Part shown: piece after piece, positions 20,499 through 30,654 of the stretch
How the letters are laid out: every line of letters starts with the position of its first letter
How positions within the stretch are numbered: the first letter of the stretch is position 1
NCBI GenBank assembly: GCA_965198225.1
Contig: CBDAOY010000004.1
Span: 160,001-224,000 of the forward strand
Length of the DNA stretch: 64,000 nt
Origin: Terriglobia bacterium
GTDB lineage: Bacteria; Acidobacteriota; Terriglobia; 20CM-2-55-15
Direction: 5' to 3'
Notes under the pieces: model-generated
The model's database searches: none
What the model saw: the letters and a program-made list of their open reading frames with translations, nothing else
What the model was told of the DNA's origin: nothing
Program-made: the position numbers and the translations under genes

Positions 20499-20948
20499 AT
20501 GCATCGGAATATCACGTTGATAGGCTGCGTTGTCGTAATTCTGTTTGGCTGGGTGGATCGTGCGCAGGCTCAATTCAGTGTCCGGGCAGCGGCCGCGGAG
20601 CCTGTGTCCGGGTGGCAGAGGATGGAATCTCCGGACGCGGATCGAACCGTGTGGGTGGCGCCGACGCCGAGCCTCACTTCCGACGACGTCGAGCGCGCTC
20701 AATCAAGCACAGGGCCGGACGGCGGCCCGGCCGTGGCGATTCGGTTTACCGAAGCGGGTTCCGAGAAAATGCGCGAACTGTCGGCCGCGCAGGTCGGCAG
20801 ACCGATTGCCATGGTGTTGGATGGCGAGTTGATTTGGGCGCCCGTGGTTCGGACCGTGATCAGCGCCGAGGCCTTGCTTACCGGTGGTCCGAACGGCCTG
20901 AGTGCGGACCAGGTCCAGCGCATTCTCGCCAGCGTGAATCAGAGATAG
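20499..20948 (+). CDS. Secreted stand-alone SecDF P1-head-like domain protein
   Basis: PAVAIRFTEAG..RPIAMVLDGELIWAPVVRTVI; signal peptide; ggagg SD. Confidence 0.7.
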   Translation: MHRNITLIGCVVVILFGWVDRAQAQFSVRAAAAEPVSGWQRMESPDADRTVWVAPTPSLTSDDVERAQSSTGPDGGPAVAIRFTEAGSEKMRELSAAQVGRPIAMVLDGELIWAPVVRTVISAEALLTGGPNGLSADQVQRILASVNQR

Positions 20949-21009
20949 AACGGGGCCGACACCGACGTCGAGGCGGAAAACCTGTACAGGTCCTGGAAGA
21001 GTTGATCAT

Positions 21010-21234
21010 ATGGTCGCGACGGGAATAGCTATCTTCGTCCTGGGTGCAGCTTGGGAGCTTTCAATTTATCTGAGTGCGGGGTGGCCCACGGTCTTCCCAT
21101 GGGGAATGATGGTCGTCGGACTCCTCATCACGGCCGTCGGAAGCGGCAGAAAGAGCGTTCGGGCCGGAAGGATAGCCTGGGGGCTGGCAGGCATTTTCGT
21201 CGCCATCATTCTTGGCCTTTGGGGTCTTGGTTGA
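21010..21234 (+). CDS. Small membrane hypothetical protein (possibly 5'-truncated)
   Basis: 74 aa with three hydrophobic segments. Confidence 0.45.
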   Translation: MVATGIAIFVLGAAWELSIYLSAGWPTVFPWGMMVVGLLITAVGSGRKSVRAGRIAWGLAGIFVAIILGLWGLG

Positions 21235-21268
21235 TTGCTGCGATGCCTGACGCCCGTGAGTATTGAAA

Positions 21269-21661
21269 ATGGTCCCAGACATCAACAACGAACACGCAGT
21301 CGAGACATATCGATCGCTCATCCAGATCGCCACAGAGGGTTTGAAAGTGCTGCTGTTACTTAACGGCGGTGCTGCGGTCGCCATACTTGCGTACCTGGGC
21401 AGCATATCGGCAAACGTCACGACCGTCCCGGACATGCGAATTCCGATGGGCTGTTACATCGCCGGGCTCCTGCTCTGCGGTTTGGCTTTCGCCACTACCT
21501 ATCTGACTCAATTCGTCCGTTTTAACGAACTCGTCCATGCCGGCGATGGGAACAAAATCGGAGGTCACATGCTCTGGCTGCGCCTTACCTTTTTGTTGGC
21601 ATTTTTGAGCATCGTCTCCTTTGCAATTGGATCCTTCTATGCCGTCACCCTCTTCAGGTAG
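21269..21661 (+). CDS. Hypothetical 3-TM membrane protein
   Basis: LLLLNGGAAVAILAYLG and two further hydrophobic helices. Confidence 0.65.
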   Translation: MVPDINNEHAVETYRSLIQIATEGLKVLLLLNGGAAVAILAYLGSISANVTTVPDMRIPMGCYIAGLLLCGLAFATTYLTQFVRFNELVHAGDGNKIGGHMLWLRLTFLLAFLSIVSFAIGSFYAVTLFR

Positions 21662-21667
21662 GGCCTG

Positions 21668-22039
21668 ATGAAGTCGGTCTGTATCTGTGGCAGCTTCAGG
21701 TTCTACGAGGAGATGGTGGAGTTCAGAAACGCCCTGCTGGCGCGGGACGTGGTCTGCGAATGGCCCCTGCCAGGGCCACCTCGGGATCCACGCGCTATGA
21801 CTGCAGACGAGGCACGCGACGCCATCACCCGCCATTTAGAGCGCATCGATCAAGCGGACTGGATGTACGTGTTCAACCAGGACGGCCATATCGGGAACAG
21901 CGTCGTGATGGAGATCGGTTATGCCTATGCCCAGCGCAAACCGGTCTACGCGCTTGCCCCCATCCAGGACCAGTTTCTGATGGCCCTTGTCCACGGCGTA
22001 GTGAGCGTCGAGGACTTTCTGCAACTCGTGCAGGCATGA
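21668..22039 (+). CDS. Nucleoside 2-deoxyribosyltransferase-like protein
   Basis: VCICGSFRF, HLERIDQAD, IGNSVVMEIGYAYAQRKPVY (NDT-type Glu motif). Confidence 0.65.
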   Translation: MKSVCICGSFRFYEEMVEFRNALLARDVVCEWPLPGPPRDPRAMTADEARDAITRHLERIDQADWMYVFNQDGHIGNSVVMEIGYAYAQRKPVYALAPIQDQFLMALVHGVVSVEDFLQLVQA

Positions 22040-22192
22040 TATGCCGTCATGCCATCGATCGGAAGCTGCCTCGGCGCTCCCATGCAGTGGTGTCCATCGG
22101 GTTCGAGCGACTGCTGGCCCGGGAGGTGGCGTAGCAGGGATGCCCGAACCGACGTAGTTGCCGAACGCCCCAACTGTTTCAGATGGAACGTC

Positions 22193-24526
22193 TCAAGCCA
22201 GGGCCACCCGGCGCACCTCTTCGAGGTCGGTCTGGCCGTTGATCATCTTTCGGATGCCGTCCTGCATGAGGGTGCGCATGCCTTGCTTCATGGCCACCTC
22301 TCGTATCTCCGTGGCCCGGCCCTTGGCATAGATGACCTTCTTGAGCTCCTCGCTGTTCACCAGCAGCTCGTGGATGCCCACCCGGGAACGATAGCCGGTC
22401 GACGAACACGCCGGGCAACTCACAGGCTGGCAGAGTTTCTGCTCCCCCGGTCGTAGCTTCAGCTCGGAAAAGTGCTCCTCACCGTAGTAGACCCGGACCA
22501 TGTCGTGGGTCGCCTCGTCGAGCGTAGAGGCCTGCTTGCAGCCCTCGCACAGGGTGCGGATCAGACGCTGGGCCAGAACCCCCGAGAGGGCGTCGGCGAA
22601 GGAGACGGGATCGAGCCCCAGGTCCAGCAGACGCACCACGGTCTCTGCCGCCGAGTTGGTGTGCAGGGTGGAGAAGACCAGATGACCGGTCAAGGAGGCG
22701 TCCACCGCCATCGCGGCGGTCTCCCTGTCGCGCATCTCCCCCACCATGATGACGTCCGGATCGGCCCGCAGAAAGGCCCGCAAGGCGTTGCTGAAGGTCA
22801 GGCCCAGATCGGGTCGGACCTGGACCTGCTGGAGGCCCGACTGGGTGATCTCCACCGGGTCCTCGGCGGTCCAGATCTTGCGTTCCGGCCGGTTCAGGTA
22901 CCCCAGGATGGCATGCAGGGTGGTGGTCTTGCCTGAGCCGGTGGGCCCCACCACCAGGAAAAGGCCGTGGGGACGGTTGACCAGCCTGACGATCTCCATC
23001 AGATTGCGCTCGGAAAGGGAGAGTTGCTTCATGGGCATGGGCTCGCGGGCCGGCAGCAGGCGCAGGATCACGTTCTCCCCGTTTACCGTGGGAATGGTGG
23101 CCACCCGTAGCTCCAGATCCAGGTCGCCGTGCCTGAGCCGGCATTTGCCATCTTGGGGCTTTCGCCGCTCGGAGATGTCCAGGTCACTGATGATCTTGAT
23201 CCGGGAGATGACGGCCTGGACTTGGGCCGCGGGCAGGGTGATCAACGGCTGACACAGACCATCCACACGGATGCGCACCGTAGCCGGCGTTCCTCCCCGG
23301 CCAGGCTCGATGTGGATATCGGAGGCCCGGGCGTCATGGGCGTCCAGGATCATCTGGTTCACCGTCTGGATGACCGAGGCCGTGGTCTCGGCTGTCTCCT
23401 CCCCTTCCTCCCCCTCTTCCTCTCCCTCCTCCCGGAGAACCTCGACCATCTCCCCGAGCTGTGCGGACTTGACCGGCTTGTCGATCTCATCGATAAAGTG
23501 ACGAATATCGTCCTCAATACCCACCCTGAAGACGTAGTTGCGTACCTTCAGGGTGCGCTGGATGTCCATCACCCGGTGGGCGTCCATGGGGTTCGCCATC
23601 AGGACCACCACCTCGTCCTCGTCCAGGGACACCGGCACCCAGCACTGGTTGCGCAGATAGGACCTGCTGATGCCCTTGAGCAGGGGAAGGGGCACCCGAA
23701 CGGTCGGCTCATAGGGCATGAAAGGCACCTGGTAGTAGCGCTCCAGAGAGGCACCGAGCTGCTTGCGGCGGACCATGCCCTCGGAGAGCAGGAGGCGGGT
23801 TACGGGGACCTTCTCCTTGCGCGCCCGGGCCTGCATCTCCTCCAGATCCTGGGCCGAGACCTTGCGCGTCTGGACCAGGTAGTGGTAGGGGTCCCGGGTG
23901 GCCTAGAAGTCGTAGACGAACCGCTGGCCCAGGACGTTGGACAGCTCGATGGCGCACTCCAGCTCGTCGTCGTTGAAGCTCCCGCCGCCCTGATGGTTGA
24001 TCAGCTGGAGCACACCCAGGATCACCTCGTGGGCCTTGATGGGCACGGCGATGATTGAGAGTGTGCGGTAGCCGGTCTGCTTGTCCAGTTCACGGCCGCC
24101 GAAGCGCAGGTTAGGATGGATCGTCTTGAGAGCCGCCTCGTCGTAGACGTCGTCGATGCGCACCGGGCTCTGGCTCATAGCCACGTAGCCCACGATGGAT
24201 GAGGCCGTCAAGGGAACCCGGATCTCCTCCACATCGTGGGCGCTATGGTGCTTGGAGACCAGCTGCTTCTCCGAACGGTTGCGCTGGAAGACCGTTACCC
24301 GCTCCGCGTTGATCAGGCCGAAGATCTCCTTTTCCACCTGGGGCATGATCTCGGCAAAGGAGCCGGCCCCGTGGATGGCCTGCATGACGTAGTTCATCTT
24401 GGTCTGAAACTCCAGGGACCGCCGCAAGGCATCCAGGTTCTCCGGCGTTCTGGCAGTGCTCTGGCTCATCTTCGACTCCTTGTCCGCGGTTTGTCTGCTG
24501 ACCAGCTCAACAGAAGATCTCCTCAA
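22193..24526 (-). pseudogene. GAF domain + GspE/PilB ATPase interrupted by an in-frame TAG
   Basis: GAF ORF 23903..24526 (DKQTGYRTLSIIAVP..GVLQLIN) is in frame with ATPase ORF 22193..23836 (GPTGSGKT, TAEDPVE, LRADPD, TGHLVFSTLH); single TAG at 23903-23905. Confidence 0.85.
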
Positions 24527-24719
24527 CGCTAAGCCGCCGCTCCGCAGCGATTTGTTACGTATCCTATTCGGCGACCCTAACAGGACGTAATTATCCCGAG
24601 AGATCGTGTGGAGGGGAAGAAGATTCAGGGCAGGTCTGAGGTTAACGCGCTAGTTCGCGCTTGAAGAAGCAGAATCCTGTGAATTTTCACGGACTCAGTC
24701 GCCCAACACGCAAAGTCAA

Positions 24720-24921
24720 CAGTCTGATCGAGATCTACATCGAGAATCCTGAACAGTCTCGCTGGATGGTGAGTTCGTCAGACTGGATACTGTTGACGAG
24801 GAACCGCGCTTTCCTCGGCCAGGAGATCCTGCGCAAGGACATGGAGGAAATGCCGGAGTCGGGACCGTTGTGGACGGACGACTTCAGCAGTCTCTTCTCG
24901 GTCGTCGAATTCGACGATTGA
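24720..24921 (+). pseudogene. 3' remnant of a fused MFS/spermidine-synthase-like gene
   Basis: SSDWILLTRN...PLWTDDFSSL resembles the family C-terminus; no upstream body; left boundary approximate. Confidence 0.6.
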
Positions 24922-24959
24922 GAGTCGGTACCGAGAAGAGCTGCTCTTGGTACTCAGGA

Positions 24960-25234
24960 CTAGTGGCCTGTAACGGAGATATCGGCACCATCGCCGATGG
25001 GTCTTGCCAGTCGAGGTCGAGGAGAGAGGAGGAATTGATGCGGTTTCATCATGACGACGAACGACAAAGAGATCGACGGCAACCCCCATCGGCCCGGAGG
25101 GTTGCGGCGGAACGGCACCGTCTTCGTTGTCGCTCCTCCTCGCAATGTAGGAGCATTACCTCGTCGTCGACTCCTAGAATCCGGTGCCGTTCCACCGCAA
25201 CGCTGGTACCGATATCTCCGTTACAGGCCACTAG
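24960..25234. mobile_element. MITE copy 2 (~275 bp)
   Basis: CTAG plus 27-bp TIR (26/27 match) tggcctgtaacggagatatcgg(c/t)acca. Confidence 0.88.
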
Positions 25235-25352
25235 ATTCTCTGCTGATCTCGGACGTGCTGCGCCGGAGCGGCTCAAGATCTAGCGTAACCTCCAGGCGGC
25301 GTTTTGATTGTGCGATCGGCTCCTTCGATCACCCTGACGAGGAGCTGCTTCT

Positions 25353-28300
25353 CTAATCGGGCCCGAGGGCCGTGAGCCTCCGCTGTGCGAGCACGTATGT
25401 GGAGCCTGGTCCTTCCTCGACTTCCGTCGACTGTAGCCTCCGGTATGCGGAGACAGCAGCTCTTTGCTCTCCGAACCGTTCGTAGATCCTTCCGAAGACA
25501 TACCAATCCTCGGCGTCAGGTTCCTGGCGGCCGCCCACTTCAATGGCTTGAAGGATGACATCCAGCGCTTCAGTTGTTCTGCCGACTTCCGCAAGAAGTG
25601 AGGCGAGAGTATGGAGACTGAAGCTGGCCGCGCCTTGAAAGAGAGATGTGGCCTGGAGCGCGTGCCCGACATCTTCCTCCGTCACCTGGCGGTAAAAGAG
25701 GCTGTTCCAGGCCTTATTGTTCAGGTCGTAGCCGTTAGCCTTGCCGGCAGAAATGAGAGCCTGATACAAGGAATCCGTTGATTCGTAATTTCCGGCGTTC
25801 GCCTCCATAGAAGCCAAAGCCCGGAGTGCGAGCAGATCATCAGGTAATCGCTCCACCCGCTGTTCGATCAGGTCTCTCGCTTCATTCAACCTGTCGAGTT
25901 GCTGCAACGTGCCGGTTACGATAGAAAACGCTGCGTCCGAATCAGGTGCTAGCTGGAACAGCCCCCATGCCACAGGCAACGCTTCGTCGTGGCGCCCGAG
26001 GGTCGAAAGAGCTGTAAACAAAGCCAGGTCGAGACCGATCCGGGCGTCGTCAGAACCCGCCTCGTCACGACCTGCCCTCAGGATCGGAAGCGTCCGATCT
26101 GCGAATTCACTCGGCGCCAGAAGGCTCGCCGCCGCGAGCCGGATCGCTTGCTCGTCACCGTCGGTTCCTTCGCTCCAGAACCGCAGGAAGAGGGGTCCCG
26201 CCAAGGGATCATCCCCTGGAAGTCTGGTTCCTACTTCGCCGTAGGCCCAATCCAGCCAATGTCGAGCTCCTTCGATATCTCCGGCGTCCAGCCGTCGGAG
26301 GACCTCGAGCCCCAAAGACTCCGGGCTGTTGTTATAGGCGAGGAAGCGGTACGCGCCATTTTCCTTCACCAGGTAAGCCCGTTGGTCTAAGCTTCCGTCA
26401 GGCATAGAGATGGTTGCTCGATAGCCAAGATCATCGTCACCTTCGAGAGTCGTCTCTATGGCACCGAAAGTCAGGTCGAGGATAACTCGAACCGGCATAT
26501 CGTCACCGACGGCTCTTGCCGATTGCCCAAGATCCAAGTCCTCTTCTTGAACGCTCTCCCTGAGCTCCTCTGTGAATAAGGAAACGAAATCATCTCTGTG
26601 GTTCAGAAAGACGGCGATCAACATCTTATTGAGGACGCTCCGCGGGTCATCGTCAGGCAGCGGGACGTCTTCGAATCGTTTGGTCTTCCCGATCTGGTCG
26701 GCATATACCAGGACCGCAGACGCCGCAGGTGCCCCCCGTGCGCCCGCTCTGAGCAACACGGCTGCCGGCTCGTAAAAGCGAAGTTGCACCAATCGCGTGC
26801 CTGCCTCGATCAGCGCGGCTTGCCGCACGCTTTCGTCAAGCAGACCCCGGTTCGCTTCTCTGACTGCGGATTTCGGACCGTCGGTTGCTGCTGCTGCTGC
26901 CAGATAAAGTTCGTTCGTGGTCGCCACTTCCTTCAGCTCGTCAAAGCGGTTGGCCCAAAGCAAAGCAACGGCGAGATTCTGGTGCAAGGGGCTATCGGCC
27001 GCCACTTGATCGACTATCAACCGGTAGTGCTCGATAGCTGCATCGAGATCTGCATCCGGGCCGTACCGGATACCTTGTGTGTCGTGCTCCAGTAGAATCG
27101 CGAGATCAGCCCGCGCAACCAGGTTAGACGGATCCAGTTCCAGCGCCTTCCGGTAGGAATTAGCCGCTAGTTCGGGCTCGGCGCCGTTCTTGAACCGCAG
27201 GCCGATCAGATCGTGCTGCAGAACCCAACCGAGTGTCTGATGCGCGACGAGGGAATCCGGTTCCAACTCTACGGCCCGCCGTGCTTCTTCGCGAGCCGCT
27301 TCCCCCATGCTGCCCTCCAATAAAGCTCTGGCAATCTGCGTCCGGTGCAGAGCCTCGGCCGGATGGAGTTCGGCCAGGTTGCGGAATTCTTCCAGCGCCT
27401 CGCGAATCTCTCCAGCGAGAAGGTGCGCCTCCCCCACGTGCTCGAAAGAGACCCGAAGGACAGGTTCCTCCTCGAACGCCTCGAGTCCCTTCCTCAATGC
27501 CGCCACTTCATCAGCCGTGTACCTCCTCTTGCCGGTGTCGAAGTGCAGAATTGCCGTGACAGCCCCGTCCTCGGATGTGGAGAACTCTCTCGCCAGAAGC
27601 GCTGGGCCGAGGCGCTCGGTCTTGCTGTCTGGCAGATCGTCGAGCCGGAATCCAGGAGGCGCGACGATACGGTATCGCCATTCACCTGCAAACGCCCCGG
27701 GCATCACAAGATCTCTGATGGCATCATCCTCACCGTGAGATTCCTCGTGAGCGTTCAGGATGGAGGTCACCCCTTGTAACAGGGGCGCCGTGATAATCGC
27801 GACAGCAGCCTCGCTCAGTACGGTTTCCACCAGCTCTGCGCCGGTCGCCTCGAATCGGATTCGAAACGGCGTGGAGAAATCGTTCGGGTCCGTGTACACG
27901 AGATCATCGACCGTTTGTGCACCATAAACGTTGCCCGCGTATTCTTCGAGATGCTGCCGTATTTCGTCCGCACCAAGTTGGGCGTAGTTTGAGCGAAGCG
28001 CCAATTCGTCGAACCCAAAGGATTCGGTCGTCTCAATGATCCGACCGTAACCTTCCTCGGCAAGATAAACTTCCCGCGTCTCTACGGTCCGAGACTTCAG
28101 TTCCGGGATCCGGACCAAAGCCTCCGTGTCGGGACTGGCGATCAGGGCCAGGCGACCCTGGTCCTGGAGGGGTAACTGCCCGAGTCGCGAAAACCCAGCG
28201 GTGGGGTCGATCCACAGAGGATCGTCTCCCGGCACGTACACGACTGTATGATCGAAACGACCGAAGCCAGGAAAACCCGGCTCGACATCCGGACCTGGTC

Positions 28301-29417
28301 CGGTGCTCAGGAGTGCGATGTACGCTTCAATTCCCGCGGTACGTAACATGGAAATGAGCAAGGTGGATTGGTCCTTGCAGTCACCGTATCCCAGCTCCAA
28401 TGTTTCGGTCGGCGTCGTAGGGACGATAGCCAACTCGCCGAGTTGCACGGCCGTGTAGCGGATTACCTGCTGCACCTTGACTAATAGTCGCTCAGCGATT
28501 TCTTCAGTTGCTGTGACGCCCTGGAGCGTTTCGCGGACCAAGTCGTCCACGTTGGAAGCGGCGATCTGTTCCTCAACGACGTTGCGGTAGCGATCGGCAA
28601 TTTCACGCCACGACTGGGCCGTCGAAAAAACCACATAGGGTCGCTGTGGCTCATCCGATGGTGCGTACGGGTTGAATTGGCCAAGGCTTTCCAACCTTCC
28701 GTTAGCGAAGGCGATTCTCACGCGGCCGTTGCTCTCGATACGTGCGGGTTCCACGTCGGGAAGAAGGCGGGCTGAATTCCTCAGCGGCAGTGAGATCGGG
28801 GCGTCGATCTCCACTCGCGTACGCAACACAGGCACCGGCCTACCGAGTGCAACGTATCGGGTCACTCCACGATCGAAAAACGGTTCGGTATCGATCAAGA
28901 CAGTCTCTGCCTCGACCACCGCACCGGCCGTCAGGGCCGGCAGGGGGCCGCGTAAGAGCCTGGCGTCTCCGAAGGTTTCACGGGAGAACTCGGCCAGCGG
29001 AGCCTCGGCAATCGTGTCTTGGCTGAGCTGAAGTTCCCTCCCGTCCAGGGTGATGACCCGTGCGCGTATCTCGGGCCGCCGCTGCCGCCATGGCCGCCAC
29101 ACCGCCTCCACAGCGGACCAGCCCTCAGCGTCGGCCCTACCTATGCGATAGACCAAGCGGCGTTTTTCAACTACCCGGCTGGCGGCATCCAGGACGAACT
29201 TCCTTTCGTCCAGTAGCACAACCACCCCGGCCTCGTCCGGATCGACGAGGGACTGGGCCGCCTCGATGACGGCGTTCGGATTGGCCGAAAAAGGAGAAAC
29301 ATCCCAAGGCTCTTGTGCGGCTGCTGAAGACGGAAAGCACAAGAGCGTGAATGTCCCAACAAGGGCTGTAGCTGATTTCACACGTGCCTGAAAAAGAAAC
29401 GATACGAAAGGATTCAT
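25353..29417 (-). CDS. DUF3857 + transglutaminase-like + TPR large secreted protein
   Basis: aggagg SD before MNPFVSF; IRY, GDCKDQS, FDHTV, WIDPT (Cys-His-Asp triad); TPR-like C-terminal half. Confidence 0.88.
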   Translation of the reverse strand: MNPFVSFLFQARVKSATALVGTFTLLCFPSSAAAQEPWDVSPFSANPNAVIEAAQSLVDPDEAGVVVLLDERKFVLDAASRVVEKRRLVYRIGRADAEGWSAVEAVWRPWRQRRPEIRARVITLDGRELQLSQDTIAEAPLAEFSRETFGDARLLRGPLPALTAGAVVEAETVLIDTEPFFDRGVTRYVALGRPVPVLRTRVEIDAPISLPLRNSARLLPDVEPARIESNGRVRIAFANGRLESLGQFNPYAPSDEPQRPYVVFSTAQSWREIADRYRNVVEEQIAASNVDDLVRETLQGVTATEEIAERLLVKVQQVIRYTAVQLGELAIVPTTPTETLELGYGDCKDQSTLLISMLRTAGIEAYIALLSTGPGPDVEPGFPGFGRFDHTVVYVPGDDPLWIDPTAGFSRLGQLPLQDQGRLALIASPDTEALVRIPELKSRTVETREVYLAEEGYGRIIETTESFGFDELALRSNYAQLGADEIRQHLEEYAGNVYGAQTVDDLVYTDPNDFSTPFRIRFEATGAELVETVLSEAAVAIITAPLLQGVTSILNAHEESHGEDDAIRDLVMPGAFAGEWRYRIVAPPGFRLDDLPDSKTERLGPALLAREFSTSEDGAVTAILHFDTGKRRYTADEVAALRKGLEAFEEEPVLRVSFEHVGEAHLLAGEIREALEEFRNLAELHPAEALHRTQIARALLEGSMGEAAREEARRAVELEPDSLVAHQTLGWVLQHDLIGLRFKNGAEPELAANSYRKALELDPSNLVARADLAILLEHDTQGIRYGPDADLDAAIEHYRLIVDQVAADSPLHQNLAVALLWANRFDELKEVATTNELYLAAAAATDGPKSAVREANRGLLDESVRQAALIEAGTRLVQLRFYEPAAVLLRAGARGAPAASAVLVYADQIGKTKRFEDVPLPDDDPRSVLNKMLIAVFLNHRDDFVSLFTEELRESVQEEDLDLGQSARAVGDDMPVRVILDLTFGAIETTLEGDDDLGYRATISMPDGSLDQRAYLVKENGAYRFLAYNNSPESLGLEVLRRLDAGDIEGARHWLDWAYGEVGTRLPGDDPLAGPLFLRFWSEGTDGDEQAIRLAAASLLAPSEFADRTLPILRAGRDEAGSDDARIGLDLALFTALSTLGRHDEALPVAWGLFQLAPDSDAAFSIVTGTLQQLDRLNEARDLIEQRVERLPDDLLALRALASMEANAGNYESTDSLYQALISAGKANGYDLNNKAWNSLFYRQVTEEDVGHALQATSLFQGAASFSLHTLASLLAEVGRTTEALDVILQAIEVGGRQEPDAEDWYVFGRIYERFGEQRAAVSAYRRLQSTEVEEGPGSTYVLAQRRLTALGPD

Positions 29418-29866
29418 TCTCGTCCTCCTTCCCCAGCTGCAATCTGCCTGAGGCGCCGGACGCGTCTTGCGAGCCGGCAGGGTCAATCGTGGTGGTGTTT
29501 CCTAACAACGCTGTCACAGGTGCGTGGTCCGGCGAGCTTCGGAGGCATCCTATGAACCGTCCTGACGATGCGATATCCCTGCGTGGGCTCACTCTGGATC
29601 GCTGCGCTCGTCTGGAGCCGGCATCGTCGGCACACTAGGAGGGAGCACGTGTGCAGCCATGAAGAATCCGAATAAAGGCGAGATCAGTTCGATCTCGTAA
29701 TTGCATGACAGACAGGGGCGTACCCTTGGCGAACTCGTCCGAGCAAGTTGAATGCACACACGAGTTCTATCCGTTCGGATAGCCGGGTCTACCGGATCGG
29801 ATACAACTGGTACAGGTCACTGATAAGAGATTGGATCGCACTCGAGGAGTTGAGGAGCCGCAGTCG

Positions 29867-30595
29867 CTACATCCCGGTCAGATATCCTGGGCCGCCCAGC
29901 TGTCGCACTGCGGCCTGGATCTGTTCGGCGCGAGTCCGGACGTATTCGGACGGGGCAGCGGCCGACATGCGCTTAGGACTTGGCAGGACGGCCACGAGAA
30001 TTGCGGCGTCGCGCGCAGTCAGATCAGAAGGCGATTTTCCCATGAGCCGTTCGCTGGCCTCCCCTACGCCGAAGACGCCGGGGCCAAACTCGGCGACATT
30101 CAGATAGACTTCGATAATCCGTCGCTTCGGCCAGAGTAGTTCGAGCGACACCGTGAACCAGGCTTCCGCCCCCTTCCGAATCCAGTTCTGACTGGGCCAC
30201 AAAAACAGGTTCTTGGCTAGTTGCTGCGAGATCGTGCTCCCACCACGGACTCCGCCGCCTTCGCTGTTTCGCTCCAGTGCGTTCTCGATGGCCTTCCAGT
30301 CGAAGCCAAAATGGTCGGGGAATTTCTGATCTTCGGCCGCGACGGCCGAGATCGCCAGTGCGGGAGCGATCTGCCCCCACGGCACCCAGCGGTAATGCAC
30401 GGGGTCTTCAGAAACGAGGCGCTCGCGAAGAATAAAGGCGGTGGTCGGCGGCGTCAGCCAGCGCCACGGCAGCACGATAACGACGGTCACACCAAGTGTG
30501 GCAATCGTGATGATGACCGCAAGCCGCAGCGCGCGCCGCGCCAATCCAGCGCGAGCCTTGGGTTTCTTCAAGCGCCTGCGTAGCAACAACCGCAC
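29867..30595 (-). CDS. mtgA: Monofunctional peptidoglycan transglycosylase
   Basis: AEDQKFPDHFGFD, RGGSTISQQLAKNLFLW, RKGAE, YLNVAEFG. Confidence 0.93.
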   Translation of the reverse strand: MRLLLRRRLKKPKARAGLARRALRLAVIITIATLGVTVVIVLPWRWLTPPTTAFILRERLVSEDPVHYRWVPWGQIAPALAISAVAAEDQKFPDHFGFDWKAIENALERNSEGGGVRGGSTISQQLAKNLFLWPSQNWIRKGAEAWFTVSLELLWPKRRIIEVYLNVAEFGPGVFGVGEASERLMGKSPSDLTARDAAILVAVLPSPKRMSAAAPSEYVRTRAEQIQAAVRQLGGPGYLTGM

Positions 30596-30654
30596 TTCTC
30601 AATTGTCCAGTAGGTTGGGTCTTTTACTCAGCAAGCAAGACAGCGGACGGGTGC

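Noticed and set aside
23903-23905. Pyrrolysine recoding as an established call
   Set aside because: No pyl genes or recoding signal in the window; a single C>T nonsense change is simpler.
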